A stretch of 64,000 nt of DNA from an uncultured delta proteobacterium (GCA_963815115.1 CAWFFN010000005.1:1737077-1801076); one strand, 5' to 3'; shown: positions 29,693 to 42,647, numbered from the stretch's first letter. A program made the numbers and translations. The notes: generated by a model from the sequence alone, not told the origin.

Positions 29693-30634
29693 TCAGGCGG
29701 ATGCCGCAGGCGCCAGCCGGACCGGCGCCCCGGGCCCCCGCAGCTCCTCCTGCGACGCGGCCCAGTATTTCTCGCAGCGGGCCCCGATCTGGGACGCTTT
29801 CTCCGCGAAGAGGCGCATGCCGAGAGGCCTTGCGGCGGCCTCGAGGTGTGTTTGGTGGCGATCGACCAGCGCAAGGAACGAGCCCATGGAGCCTCCGTCA
29901 CCGCCGGCGGCCGCGAGGCCGGCCAGTTTGTCGCGCAACACCGCCATGTCGTGATGCAAGCCGAGCAGCTCGCCGAGTGCGTTCGCGGTTTTCGCGCGAG
30001 CGTCGAACGCCGCGTCCCAGAGCGGCGAGAGAAGCTGGACGTGGTACCAGTGGTATTTCACGCTCTTGCGCCACTCGTGGAAGTGCTCGGCGCTCGGTTC
30101 CCGGTAGGCCGCTGCCAGTGCCTTCCGTGCTCGCCGGTAGGTGCGCTCGAAGCCGACGCGCCAGACCTCCGGAACCGCAGCGTCGTCGAGTGGCCAGGCG
30201 GGGACACGTTCGCGAGCGATTTCCATCCGATTGCGAACGTCCGCCAGCCGTTCCTCGACCCTGCTCCGGTGGCGGCCTCGCTTCACGAGCCGCCGGCGGA
30301 GCGGTTCGAACGTCGCGCGGTCGACCTCGCCGTCGAAGTGCTCAACCACCGCATCGTAGGCAGCCACGACGGCGTGCAGATCGCGCAGGGGAGCGAGCAC
30401 CTTCGCCACGTCCCGAAAGAACTCGTTCTCCGGCGCGTATCCGTCCTGGAGGCAGGGGCGGACCAGGCGGACCAGCGCGCGGAGCTTCTTGCAGCGCTTG
30501 CGGATGGAATGGACGCCCTCGAGGTTGGGTGTGGGCCGTGCGCTGCAATCCGCCACGGCACCGTCGATCAGCTCGAGGGCGATCCTCCGGATGTCCTCTC
30601 CGAAGGGGACGCCGGGTAAGATCCGAAAAGACAT
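29693..30634 (-). CDS. CHAD domain protein (polyphosphate-binding family)
   Basis: VHSIRKRCKKLRA, LRDL, FHEWRKSVKYHWY, LGLHHD. Confidence 0.9.
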   Translation of the reverse strand: MSFRILPGVPFGEDIRRIALELIDGAVADCSARPTPNLEGVHSIRKRCKKLRALVRLVRPCLQDGYAPENEFFRDVAKVLAPLRDLHAVVAAYDAVVEHFDGEVDRATFEPLRRRLVKRGRHRSRVEERLADVRNRMEIARERVPAWPLDDAAVPEVWRVGFERTYRRARKALAAAYREPSAEHFHEWRKSVKYHWYHVQLLSPLWDAAFDARAKTANALGELLGLHHDMAVLRDKLAGLAAAGGDGGSMGSFLALVDRHQTHLEAAARPLGMRLFAEKASQIGARCEKYWAASQEELRGPGAPVRLAPAASA

Positions 30635-30777
30635 CGCCCCGTAACCTATCTGTAACAGCCGTCACATCAAGCGCCGGTGTTGCGGGGGGTGGGTCGGCGT
30701 GGCGGCTTCGAATGCGCATCGAGCCGGTGGCGTTCGTGGGCATGTGGGTCCCTGCGGGCGCCGCTCACCCGGGCTGA

Positions 30778-31158
30778 TCAGCGCTCGATGACGTGTGCGA
30801 TCTGCCAGACATTCTCGAACGGGTCACGGACCATCGCCCGCCGATCGCCGTAGAGAGTGTCGAGGGGCTTCTCGAGCGAAACCGCCCCGGCCGCGATCGC
30901 GCGGTCATAGGCCGCGTCCGCGTCGTCGACGTAGACGTAGAGGAAGGCGGGAAAGAGCTCTCGGCCGCCGGAGGCCGCCGTCACCATGACGAGAGAATCG
31001 CCGATCCGCATCTCGGCGGGCCGGTCGGCGTGGGGCTCACCGGTGGCCTCGAAGACCGAACGGAGGAAGGCAACCTGCGCAGCGACGTCGGTGACCACAA
31101 TGCGCGGGGTGACCGAGTGGAAACCTGCGCGGGGAGCGGCGGCGCTTCTCATGTCCAT
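30778..31158 (-). CDS. VOC/PhnB-like glyoxalase protein
   Basis: AEMRIGDS, LYVYVDDAD, YGDRRAMVRDPFENVWQI. Confidence 0.88.
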   Translation of the reverse strand: MDMRSAAAPRAGFHSVTPRIVVTDVAAQVAFLRSVFEATGEPHADRPAEMRIGDSLVMVTAASGGRELFPAFLYVYVDDADAAYDRAIAAGAVSLEKPLDTLYGDRRAMVRDPFENVWQIAHVIER

Positions 31159-31513
31159 CCCTCCACGTGGTCGGCGGCCGGGGCTACTTTGTAGGCCCCG
31201 ACGCTTTGCCGGGTCAACGAGATCGACCGAGCCGAAGCAGCGCTCATCGGCCCGGCGGGTGCGCTCGCCGGGCCGCGAGCGGCGTTGACGTGGGCCGAAC
31301 AGTCGGGATAGGGGGCAGCGGTCAGGTACATCGGAAGCTGTCCAAACGACTCGCGCGAGAGGACCGGATGCGGGGCCTGTCCATCGTCAGCGACCTTCCG
31401 GCGGCAAGCGTTCGTGCCGATGCTTCGGCTGCCGTCCACCCTTCCATCGGCGCCACGACCCGACCGACCGACAGGCTCGACATCCCCTAGAGAAGACTGC
31501 GCGGAGGGAGCGC

Positions 31514-32362
31514 ATGCCAGCCAGGGATCTGCGGGGAGCCCCACTGGCCGAACGCGTCGCCATCGAGGAACGGCTCTGGGACAAGGTCCGGGACGAGACC
31601 TTTGCCGACCGCTCCATGCTGCAGCTCACCCATCCTTCGTACGAGAGCCTGTTCACCGCCTATCCGGAGTACCGCCACATCCACGAGTTCTTCGGACCGT
31701 CGGTGGCCGGCCGGCACGTCCTCGAGGTCGGGTGCGGCTCGGGGGTGGTGAGCGTCGCCCTCGCCAACAGCGGTGCACGGGTGACCGCGGTCGACGTCTC
31801 CACCAGCGCGCTGCGGGTGACGCGCGAGCGGGCAGCGTTCTTCGGCGTTGGCGATCGGGTGACGACGGTGCAGAGTCCCGCGGAGCTTCTGGAGCTGCCC
31901 GCGCGCAGCATCGATCTGTTCTTCGCGAAGAGCGTCGTACACCACCTGATCATCGCCGACGTGATGCCGCGGGTGCGGCGCTTCCTCGTGCCGGGCGGCC
32001 GAGGCGCGATCTTCGAGCCGCAGAGCAATCCGGTCCTCGATTTCGCCCGCGAGCACCTGCCGTATCCGGGAAAGGTGGGTGACGAGCACGGCACCGACGA
32101 GTTCTTCACTCCGGCAATGATCCGGGAGATTCTCGACCACTTCGACTACGGGGATTCTCGCGGGTTCCGGCTGCTCGGGATGCTGTGGAAGTTCGTGTCG
32201 CCCCCGGGCCACGGCTTCGAGGCCCGGCTTCGGCAGGAGCGCTGGAGCGCTCGCTACCGCGGCCTCGTCGACCCGATCGACGACGTGCTCTTCCGCCTCG
32301 CGCCGCCCCTTCGCCGGCTCGCTCAGACGGTGGTGCTACGCTTCGGCTGCACCGCGAGCTGA
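31514..32362 (+). CDS. Class I SAM-dependent methyltransferase
   Basis: VLEVGCGSG, VTAVDVS, LVPGG. Confidence 0.88.
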   Translation: MPARDLRGAPLAERVAIEERLWDKVRDETFADRSMLQLTHPSYESLFTAYPEYRHIHEFFGPSVAGRHVLEVGCGSGVVSVALANSGARVTAVDVSTSALRVTRERAAFFGVGDRVTTVQSPAELLELPARSIDLFFAKSVVHHLIIADVMPRVRRFLVPGGRGAIFEPQSNPVLDFAREHLPYPGKVGDEHGTDEFFTPAMIREILDHFDYGDSRGFRLLGMLWKFVSPPGHGFEARLRQERWSARYRGLVDPIDDVLFRLAPPLRRLAQTVVLRFGCTAS

Positions 32363-32375
32363 CGGAGCTGTGGTC

Positions 32376-33776
32376 CTATCGCACGGACTGCGCCGGTACA
32401 TTCGAGAAGAGCGGGCCGAGTCCCTCCGCCATCGTGGGGTGCGTGAGGACGGCGTCGCGGAGCTTCGGATAGGGGAGGTCGGCCAGCATCGCCGTTTGCA
32501 CGGCGGCCAGGACCTCACCGGCATCGGTGCCAATCATCGTGAAGCCGAGAATGCGGTCGTCACTCCCGCCGACGAGCGCCTTCATGAAGCCGAGCTTTTC
32601 GCCGGTCGTGCCGGCCCGCAGCACGGCGCTGATGGGCAACCTGGCGACGCGCACGGGGACGCCGTGGCTGCGCGCTTCGACTTCGCTCAGTCCCACGTGG
32701 GCGAGTGGAGGGTCCGTGAACATGCAGTATGGAACCAGGCGATCGCGCGTGCTGCGCTTCGCTCCGGCCAGATTGTCCCGAATGATCCGAAAATCGTCCT
32801 CGGACACGTGCGTGAACTGTGGGCTGCCGGCGCATTCACCGATGGCCCAGACCTCGGGCGCGCTCGTCTCCAGCCGCTCGTTGACGCGAATGTAGCCGCG
32901 ACCGTCCAGCTCGACGCCCGCCTCCTCGAGCCCGATCCCGGCGGTGTTCGGAATGCGCCCGACCGCGACCAGGAGGTCGCTGCCCTCGATGGTTCGCTCG
33001 CCGGAAGTCGTGCGCACGACGAGGCGGACTTCCTTCCCGGATCGGCCGTCCACCTGGAGGGTCTCGGCCGCCACGAAAAACTGGACACCCTCGTCGCCGA
33101 GGATGCGCTGCAGCTCATCCGAGACGTCGGGATCCTCCCGGTCCATGAGCTGCGGCCCCTGCTGGATGACCGTCACGCGGCTACCGAAGCGGCGGTAGGC
33201 CTGCGCGAATTCGAGACCGACATAGCCACCTCCGAGCAGGATGAGGTGTGATGGCAGGTAGTCGAGCTCCAGCGCCTCGATGTTCGTGAGCGGTCGCGCG
33301 GCTTCGAGGCCTGGAACGTTCGGAATTGCCGCGTGCGTTCCAACGTTGAGGAACACCTTGTCGCCCGCCAGCACGCGCGTCCCGCCGTCATTCAGGTGAA
33401 CCTCGAGCGTTCTAGGCGCGACGAAACGCCCGGACCCCATGATCAATTCGGTGCCGCTCGTCCTGTAGTTGTGCAAGTGCATGGCGATCAGGTCGTCGAC
33501 CATGTCGCGCTTGCGCTGGCGAACCCTCGCCATGTCGATCGCGGCGGGCCCGGTCATCGTGCCGAACTGCGCGGCGTGCTGCACCAGGTGTGCGACCTTG
33601 GCGCTCCAAATCTCGTTCTTGGTGGGCAGGCAGTTGACGTTGGGACAGGAACCCCCGATCCACCGGCGCTCCACGACGGCGGTCCGTCGCCCGGATCGCG
33701 CCATGTGCCAGGCCAGGAGCTTGCCACCGGCTCCGCTGCCCAAAATCAGGATTTCATACCGTTCCGCCTGAGCCAT
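32376..33776 (-). CDS. Pyridine nucleotide-disulfide oxidoreductase (Lpd/RclA-like)
   Basis: GSGAGG, GGSCPNVNCLPTK redox disulfide, GGGYVGLE, HPTMAEG. Confidence 0.92.
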   Translation of the reverse strand: MAQAERYEILILGSGAGGKLLAWHMARSGRRTAVVERRWIGGSCPNVNCLPTKNEIWSAKVAHLVQHAAQFGTMTGPAAIDMARVRQRKRDMVDDLIAMHLHNYRTSGTELIMGSGRFVAPRTLEVHLNDGGTRVLAGDKVFLNVGTHAAIPNVPGLEAARPLTNIEALELDYLPSHLILLGGGYVGLEFAQAYRRFGSRVTVIQQGPQLMDREDPDVSDELQRILGDEGVQFFVAAETLQVDGRSGKEVRLVVRTTSGERTIEGSDLLVAVGRIPNTAGIGLEEAGVELDGRGYIRVNERLETSAPEVWAIGECAGSPQFTHVSEDDFRIIRDNLAGAKRSTRDRLVPYCMFTDPPLAHVGLSEVEARSHGVPVRVARLPISAVLRAGTTGEKLGFMKALVGGSDDRILGFTMIGTDAGEVLAAVQTAMLADLPYPKLRDAVLTHPTMAEGLGPLFSNVPAQSVR

Positions 33777-34965
33777 GAGGTTCCTCCGTCTGCTGACTCT
33801 CAGTACGTGGCGTCCGCGACGTCGTCGATCCGTCTGGTACGCAGGTCACCGCGACCGGAGGTCTGGCGCAAGGGAGCAGGTTGCGACCGATGGCCGTCGG
33901 TGCGGTTGCGCCGCCGTCTGGCTCCTCGTCGCTCTCCATCCTTCGCGCGCCCCATCTCCCCGACTGGTCGTGATGCAAGCGGCGCACCAGCGGCCGGCGC
34001 TTCTCCCGATGCTCGCGAAGGGACCGACGGTGTGGCGGCGTGCCGACGTTTCGGCACGTGCCGAGAGTTCGGCACCGGCCGCCTCGAACAGATCGCGGGT
34101 GCCGTGGCGGCGACCCGAAGCACGGGCGCGGCGAAGCGCTCGTTCGACGGTCAGTTCTCGCCGGCTGAATCTCCGCACTCGAACGCCTCCCGCCCCTCGG
34201 TGGCGTGCACGTCGTGATCGGTGGGCGACCTCGCTCCGTCGTGCATCCGACCCGTGCCTTCACGCGTAGTGAGCATGAATGAAGCCGTTTGACGGCCCGC
34301 GCGTGCTCCCGGACGGAGATCGCTTCGTGTAGCCGCCGTCCCCTGTCTCGGAGGCCAAGCAACCGACGGCCGCCGACGATCGCAGAGTTGCGGATCGTCG
34401 TCTACGACGACGGAGGGACATCCGCGCGCCGCGTGTCCCATGGATCCCGGCGGCCGGCGCGAGAGCTTCGCCGCTAGCTCTTCCGCGCCTTCATCCGTGC
34501 GTCCCGGACGCTTGCGATCAGTCCATCGCGTCATTTGAACGTTCAGCCGGCGAACGCCGAGCTGCGTTTTGTCGCGACGCCAGGTCGCGGCCCGCTACCC
34601 GAAAAGTAGCGCCATGAGTACGAGGCGGATCCGCTTCGCACCAACGGGACCGATGCGCAGACACGACGTGTTCAGAGAGCAACTTCTCCGAGAAGAAGAA
34701 TTCGCGGTGGTACGGCGAGTCGACTGCGAGCGTGCTGGACGAGATCCGCGAGGTCCCGACGCGTCGCCGCACGAGCCCAGGCCATCGTGCTGCATGAATG
34801 TTCGATCCACGTGCGACGCGGACGCCATCGGGCGATCTGTCCAAACACGTCACCGGCCCGCACGCGAGGCACGACGGCCCCAGTTCACATGCGTGCGAGC
34901 GCGACCCCGGGAACGCCCGTAGGCGCGCCCCGTAGCCCGCGCATGGAAAGCGCAAGGAGAGTTGA

Positions 34966-35521
34966 ATGAAGAACTGGAACGCAATGGAGAGTCAGGCCAC
35001 GCGTCGCATCCTGCTGATCGCGTGCTCCACTGCTCTCACCGCGGCGGTCACGGTCTCGGGGCCTCGGCCGGCCCATGCCGACCGTGTGACGCCGCCCGCC
35101 GTGCCCGCCGACATACGGGTGCAAGCGGGGAACAGGGCTTTCCTCGAGGGTCACGGCGTCGGCACCCAGAACTATATCTGCCTGCCGTGTCCCAACGCGA
35201 CGACGCCTGCAACGAGCTGTCCCGATGCCTCCGGCTTTGCCTGGATACTCTTCACACCGCAGGCCACGCTGCTCGCCGACAATCACAAGCCGGTCACCAC
35301 CCATTTCTTCAGCGTCAACCCGAACCCGGCCGACAACGGTGCGATTCGCGCCACGTGGCAGCACTCGCGGGACCTCGGCACCGTCTGGGGGGGCAAGGCG
35401 ATCCCTTGGCGGGGTCGCGCCCTCGGAGGGATGCTCCGAGGTAGCGGACGTCGGCGCGAAGGCATTTGTGCCGTACACGGCCGACTACTTCTTCTACAAG
35501 GCGGACAACGGCCACAAGTAG
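34966..35521 (+). pseudogene. DUF3455-like secreted protein with internal deletion and frameshift
   Basis: GVGTQNYIC, W..FTPQATL, THFF, AIPW, then GGVAP..VPYTADYFFYK in another frame. Confidence 0.65.
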
Positions 35522-35636
35522 GATAGCTGCACCAAGGCGAACCGGTGTCGTGTCGCCGCCGCCGGGATACGCCCGGTCTTCGAGCGCGCGAGACGTGAGC
35601 GCGGTGCCGGGGCGGCAGCCCCGCGAACCATGGGCC

Positions 35637-36881
35637 TCACTCCCAGTCGAGGAAGTCGATCTCGCCGAGCGAGGTGGGTTCGTCTTGAAACAGGAAGACT
35701 GCGCGCTTACCGTCCGTCCAGTAGCGCGCGTTCATGAGATTGCGATGCGGCCGGCCGGCGGTCGCCTCCCCCATGCCGCGCACGTAGCCGACCGCCCGGA
35801 CCGCTTGCGAGGTGACGAGGTCCTCCGTGAGCGCCTCGCGTGCCTCGTCGAGGTCCGGGTCGATGGCATGCGTCGTCAGGTTCCAGGTGCGCGGGGTGAA
35901 GTAGACGCCGATGTCGCGGCTGATCGCCCCGAGCCACACGTCCCATCCGCGGAAACGCACCGGTGTCAGCCACAGGCGGAGGTGGTTGCGCTGGTGGATC
36001 GAGTCGCGCGCCTTCTGGAACCCAGCGTCCTGACGGCGCCCGAACACGTAGAGCGCGCTCATGGGCGAGTAGCGGTAGGGCCGGCCGAGAACGAACGCCT
36101 TGAACGTTCTCCACACGGCACCGGGTCCGAGGGCCTCCGTGATGGTCCAGCCTGCGGCAACGAGCGTGCCGCCCACCTCGTCGGAGGTGCCGATCAGGAC
36201 GAAGTTCAGGGCGTCTCCGCATCCGGTGCCGTCGCGCCGCGTCGTGCACGGCGGGAATCGCTCGAGCACGCGCCGGAGGTTGCCCTCGTCGTCCAGGTCG
36301 ACGACCTGGTCAGCGGCGTGGAGCGCGGCGAAGTCGACGGTATCGTAGTCCGTGCGGATCCCGGGAACGTCCACCACGTACTGGAACCTATGCGTCCGGC
36401 GTTCGCCGTAGAGCTGGACCGTGATGAACTTGGTGCGCTCGTCGTGGTTCGTGAACACGAACCCTGACTGCGTCCGACCCGCCTGAATCTCCGCGTCGAT
36501 CGCCTGCGACTCCAGGAACTCGTCCATGCGCCGGTTGTCGGCGGGGCGGAAGGTGCGGTGGGCCTGGTAGGCCGCCTCGCGAGCCGAGAAGTATGCGGGA
36601 TCGACCGACGACGAGAGCAGGTAGAGAGTGGTCGGGCTCCGGTTCTCGATCTCGAGCCAGACCGGCTGGATGCCTCGGGCCGCCAGATCGATGCCGAAGT
36701 GCTGCTGGCTCTCGGTCGCTCCGAGGGCGGCGACGCTGACGCGCACCGGACCCTGTGTCTCGGTCTGGACCCGTGGCAGGAAGGTCGGCCGAGCGGGGGG
36801 GCGCGGGTGATAGGCGCTGCAGCCGACGAGCAGCACGAGCGCGCCGAGCCGGACCATTCGGTGGACGGTGGCGCGCGACAC
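35637..36881 (-). CDS. LssY C-terminal domain lipoprotein
   Basis: Lipobox LVGC; YSPMSALYVFGRRQD, RNHLRLW, HAIDPDLD..R. Confidence 0.8.
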   Translation of the reverse strand: MSRATVHRMVRLGALVLLVGCSAYHPRPPARPTFLPRVQTETQGPVRVSVAALGATESQQHFGIDLAARGIQPVWLEIENRSPTTLYLLSSSVDPAYFSAREAAYQAHRTFRPADNRRMDEFLESQAIDAEIQAGRTQSGFVFTNHDERTKFITVQLYGERRTHRFQYVVDVPGIRTDYDTVDFAALHAADQVVDLDDEGNLRRVLERFPPCTTRRDGTGCGDALNFVLIGTSDEVGGTLVAAGWTITEALGPGAVWRTFKAFVLGRPYRYSPMSALYVFGRRQDAGFQKARDSIHQRNHLRLWLTPVRFRGWDVWLGAISRDIGVYFTPRTWNLTTHAIDPDLDEAREALTEDLVTSQAVRAVGYVRGMGEATAGRPHRNLMNARYWTDGKRAVFLFQDEPTSLGEIDFLDWE

Positions 36882-37103
36882 GCGACTCTCAGCCGCCGAC
36901 GTCGGTCACATCCGTCTCAAGCGGGAACTGCACGCTCGCGCGGCTGCGGCGTCGGTCTCGCCACGGCGGTGTCGGCGCGCGATGTCGCGTATCGACGGGC
37001 ACGTCCAGGTCGCGCGCTTGATGGTCAGCACCGTCCTCCTGATCGCAGGGTCCTCGTCGACGCCGGCTTCGTCAATCTCGAAGGCGAACCATATGTGCGC
37101 ACC

Positions 37104-37571
37104 TCACAGGTTGTCCGGGAAGGCGTTGTGGCACTCGAACGTGGCCACGCGGAAGCTGGTGGTCGCATTCGGCTCGATGCGCGTGATGCTCCCCGCCCCG
37201 TCGCTGCTCCCCGCCGGGGTGACGTGAGCGGTGTAGCGCAGCTCCACCCCCGGATCGTCGCCGGGTCCGGTGCCCGTCGGCGCGAGGGTGGCCACGATCG
37301 TGAAGCTCACACCGCCGCCGGCGAACGAGGTGCAGGCCGAGCCCGTCACGGCGCTCGGCCGCGAGGGGATCGCCGTGGAGATGACCCCGGTAAATGGCTT
37401 GCACTTGTTCTTCTTCGGGAACTTGAAGCCCCGCAGGATGACGACGGGGTGATCCAGGGTGGGCGGAGGAGGGCCGGCGAGGAAGGCGGTGGCATCGAGA
37501 CAGAGATCACCCGCCTGGGCCGCCGCCGCGAGCAGCCCCAAGACGAACACCGAAACGCAGATCGCTTTCAT
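37104..37571 (-). CDS. Hypothetical secreted Cys-containing protein
   Basis: AGGAGG RBS; signal peptide ending AQA; 4 Cys in the mature part. Confidence 0.7.
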   Translation of the reverse strand: MKAICVSVFVLGLLAAAAQAGDLCLDATAFLAGPPPPTLDHPVVILRGFKFPKKNKCKPFTGVISTAIPSRPSAVTGSACTSFAGGGVSFTIVATLAPTGTGPGDDPGVELRYTAHVTPAGSSDGAGSITRIEPNATTSFRVATFECHNAFPDNL

Positions 37572-38073
37572 CCGAGTCCTCCTTGTCGGTCTGCGGCGCC
37601 AGCGCGCCGGCCGAGCGGGCGCGACCCTATCCCACGTGGAGTCCTGGACGACAGGGGTTTTTCGTCCGTCGTCCAGCGTCTCGGTGGTCGGGCGCCCCGT
37701 GAGCTTGCTACGGGCGCACACGGCTCGACCCACCTGGAGGTTCGCCCAAGCCCGATCGCCCGTCCCAGCCCCTGCGAGCCGTCGCTCGCCCTCGCCGGCA
37801 TCACGAGCGCGGCGGTCCAGGGCCGCAGTGCCCTGGGGCGGCCGGGCGCGGGTGCTGCAGATCGGGCGCGTGTCGGGCGCCCCCTGGGCTGATCCACCGG
37901 GCCTCGCCAGGTCCACCTCGATGGCTTCGACCTGCAGGCCAACGTCCACAGCGCCGCCAACAACCGCGACGGCCTCGAAGAGCTCGCCCGTCATGTGCGC
38001 CTCGACTGCGGCGCAGTGTTTCCTTGACCACCAGAAACCGCTCGTGGGACAGTCTCCGCCGGAGGAGACCGCT

Positions 38074-38373
38074 ATGCGCTGGATGCTCGCCCTCATGCTC
38101 GCGATGCTGGCCGCCGACGTGGCGTGCGCCGCGACGGCCGCCGACAAGTTCAAGGCCGCCGTCGAGAACAAGGTGGCCCCCCCGTTCGGGACCATCGCCT
38201 CGGGCAAGTGGAAGGCACTCTGTGTCTGCAATCCCACCGAACAGGTCGGGGTGCTCGAGAGCTTCAACGGCATCCCGAACCTGGGCATCACCTGCACCGT
38301 CCCCACCTTCACCGCCGAGGGCGACTACTTCATCGGCAGTGCGTGCTACGACTGGACACCGGTCACGAAGTGA
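38074..38373 (+). CDS. Hypothetical small secreted protein
   Basis: GGAGGAG RBS; signal peptide; CVC..C..C. Confidence 0.7.
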   Translation: MRWMLALMLAMLAADVACAATAADKFKAAVENKVAPPFGTIASGKWKALCVCNPTEQVGVLESFNGIPNLGITCTVPTFTAEGDYFIGSACYDWTPVTK

Positions 38374-38490
38374 CGTCCGCGACCGGTGCGGAGGGGCGGC
38401 GGGCCGGTCGACGCGCCGGGTAGACGGCTGGTGGGGCACGAAGAGCGAATACCCCCTTCGTGCGTCCTATCCTCATGCGATACTGCGCCC

Positions 38491-38988
38491 ATGCCGGCCA
38501 CCGCGTTTGCCCACCCGATCCATGCCTCGTGCCATTGCGGCGCCGTGCGCATCGAGGTCACCCGCACGCCGCGCAAGCTCACGCAATGCAATTGCTCGAT
38601 CTGCCGGCGCTACGGGGCGCTGTGGGCGTACTACACCCGCAAGTCGGTCAACATCATGGCCCGGGCGAACGCGCGCTCGGCCTATTCCCGGCGCGAGAAC
38701 GGCCTGGAGTTCTACCACTGCCGCACCTGCGGCTGCCTCACGCACTACGAATCCCCCGAGAAGGGCACCGACGGCAGGGTCGCGGTCAACGCGCGCATGA
38801 TGGATCAGCTCGGGGTCGCCCGCATCCGCATCAAGATGCTCGACGGTGACGCCACCTGGCGGACGCTGGACGAGTACGTGCAGCCGGAGCTCTTCATCTC
38901 GCCGACGAAGCTGAGGGACGCGGTGCGCGCGGGCACTCAATCCCGTCGGCGCGATCGTGTGAGATCAGCGCGTCGATCTCGGCCGTGA
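38491..38988 (+). CDS. GFA/CENP-V family Zn protein
   Basis: SCHCGAV, CNCSICRR, CRTCGC. Confidence 0.9.
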   Translation: MPATAFAHPIHASCHCGAVRIEVTRTPRKLTQCNCSICRRYGALWAYYTRKSVNIMARANARSAYSRRENGLEFYHCRTCGCLTHYESPEKGTDGRVAVNARMMDQLGVARIRIKMLDGDATWRTLDEYVQPELFISPTKLRDAVRAGTQSRRRDRVRSARRSRP

Positions 38989-39115
38989 CTCACGTCGGTG
39001 CAGGAAGATGGCGCGCGCTTGCCTGGCACTGCCCAGATGACGGCAGCTCTGCCGGAAGGACGGCAGCGTCAAGCCACCGCTGCTGGACGACGCAGCACTG
39101 AAGCGCTAGCCACCT

Positions 39116-39130
39116 TGGCGCGATGTTTGC
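39116..39130 (+). promoter_or_regulatory. Sigma54 promoter upstream of haloperoxidase-katG
   Basis: TGGCGC-GATGT-TTGC, GG-N10-GC. Confidence 0.55.
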
Positions 39131-39235
39131 GATGCCAGTCGAACGAGCGTCGTCGGGGTCGAGAGAGGCCGCCGACGAGATCCGCGCATCACATCTCATC
39201 CGGATCGCCTGACGGCGGGACAAAGGAGAGGGGCA

Positions 39236-40060
39236 ATGGGTTCGATCACGACGAAGGATGGCACCGAGCTCTTCTACAAGGACTGGGGAACGGGACAGCC
39301 CATCATGTTCCATCATGGCTGGCCTCTCAGCGCTGACGACTGGGACAACCAGATGCTGTTCTTCCTCGAGAAGGGCTACCGCGTCATCGCGCACGACCGG
39401 CGCGGGCACGGTCGCTCGACCCAGACCGCGACGGGGAACGACATGGATACGTACGTTGCCGACGTGGCCGAGCTCGTGGCCGCGCTCGATCTCCGCAACG
39501 CGGTGCACGTCGGCCACTCGACCGGTGGCGGCGAGGTCGCGCGCTATGTCGCCCGTCACGGCAAGGGACGCGTCGCCAAGGCGGTGCTGATCAGCTCGGT
39601 GCCACCGATCATGGTCAAGTCGGAACGGAATCCTGGCGGGTCGCCGATGGAGGTCTTCGACGGCTTCCGCGCCGCGCTTGCCGCCAACCGCGCGCAGTTC
39701 TACCTCGACGTGGCGAGCGGCCCCTTCTACGGCTTCAACCGCCCGGGCGCGAAGGTGTCACGGGGAGTGATCGAGAACTGGTGGCGCCAGGGCATGATGG
39801 GCGGCGCCAAGGCGCACTACGACTGCATCGCGGCCTTCTCGGAGACCGACTTCACCGAGGACCTGAAGCAGATCGACGTTCCCGTCCTCGTCATGCACGG
39901 CGACGACGACCAGGTCGTCCCGATCGCGGATTCCGGCCTGCTCTCCGTCAAGCTCGTCAAGCATGGAACGTTGAAGGTCTACGAGGGCTACCCGCACGGG
40001 GCGTTCACGATACACGCGGACATCATCAACCCGGACCTCCTCGCGTTCATCCGGGCATGA
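39236..40060 (+). CDS. Non-heme haloperoxidase/arylesterase (alpha/beta hydrolase)
   Basis: [33 protein letters not shown]. Confidence 0.93.
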   Translation: MGSITTKDGTELFYKDWGTGQPIMFHHGWPLSADDWDNQMLFFLEKGYRVIAHDRRGHGRSTQTATGNDMDTYVADVAELVAALDLRNAVHVGHSTGGGEVARYVARHGKGRVAKAVLISSVPPIMVKSERNPGGSPMEVFDGFRAALAANRAQFYLDVASGPFYGFNRPGAKVSRGVIENWWRQGMMGGAKAHYDCIAAFSETDFTEDLKQIDVPVLVMHGDDDQVVPIADSGLLSVKLVKHGTLKVYEGYPHGAFTIHADIINPDLLAFIRA

Positions 40061-40110
40061 CCCGGCGTGTCGCTTCCCCCGATCTCGGTTCATTCAACTT
40101 GTCACCGTGA

Positions 40111-42352
<2,242 letters not shown>

Positions 42353-42618
42353 TCCCGGAGCACACGGAGAGCTCCCATGAGCATCACGCTTTTCGCTCCT
42401 GATCGGGGCCTACCAGGCCGCTGAGCAAAGCAATCACGACGATGCTGTCATCCCGAGTAGGTGTTCCGTCGACCAATGGCGCGATCACGTCACTGGACTC
42501 CGTTGGATGACGGCAATGGATCGGCAATGCAGGGCTGCGGCGTGCTCGAGCAACGCGATCCCGTCACCGGCACCTGCGTACCGCGCCCGTAGCCCACGAC
42601 GACGACCATCCCACGTAG

Positions 42619-42645
42619 CTAGTGGGAGAGGGGGGACTTGAACCC
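42619..42645 (-). mobile_element. tRNA 3'-end fragment (Leu-like); probable att site of an integrative element
   Basis: Minus strand GGG-TTCAAGT-CCCCC-CTCTCCC-A = partial T-stem, T-loop, acceptor strand and discriminator; no D or anticodon arm adjoins. Confidence 0.7.
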
Positions 42646-42647
42646 GA

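Noticed and set aside
31248-31275. GC hairpin CGGCCCGGCG-N8-CGCCGGGCCG as an ncRNA or REP element
   Set aside because: Single copy noticed, no U-tract, and plausible by chance at this GC content.
32376-33776. Mercuric reductase merA
   Set aside because: No C-terminal Cys-Cys pair, no NmerA domain and no mer operon genes.
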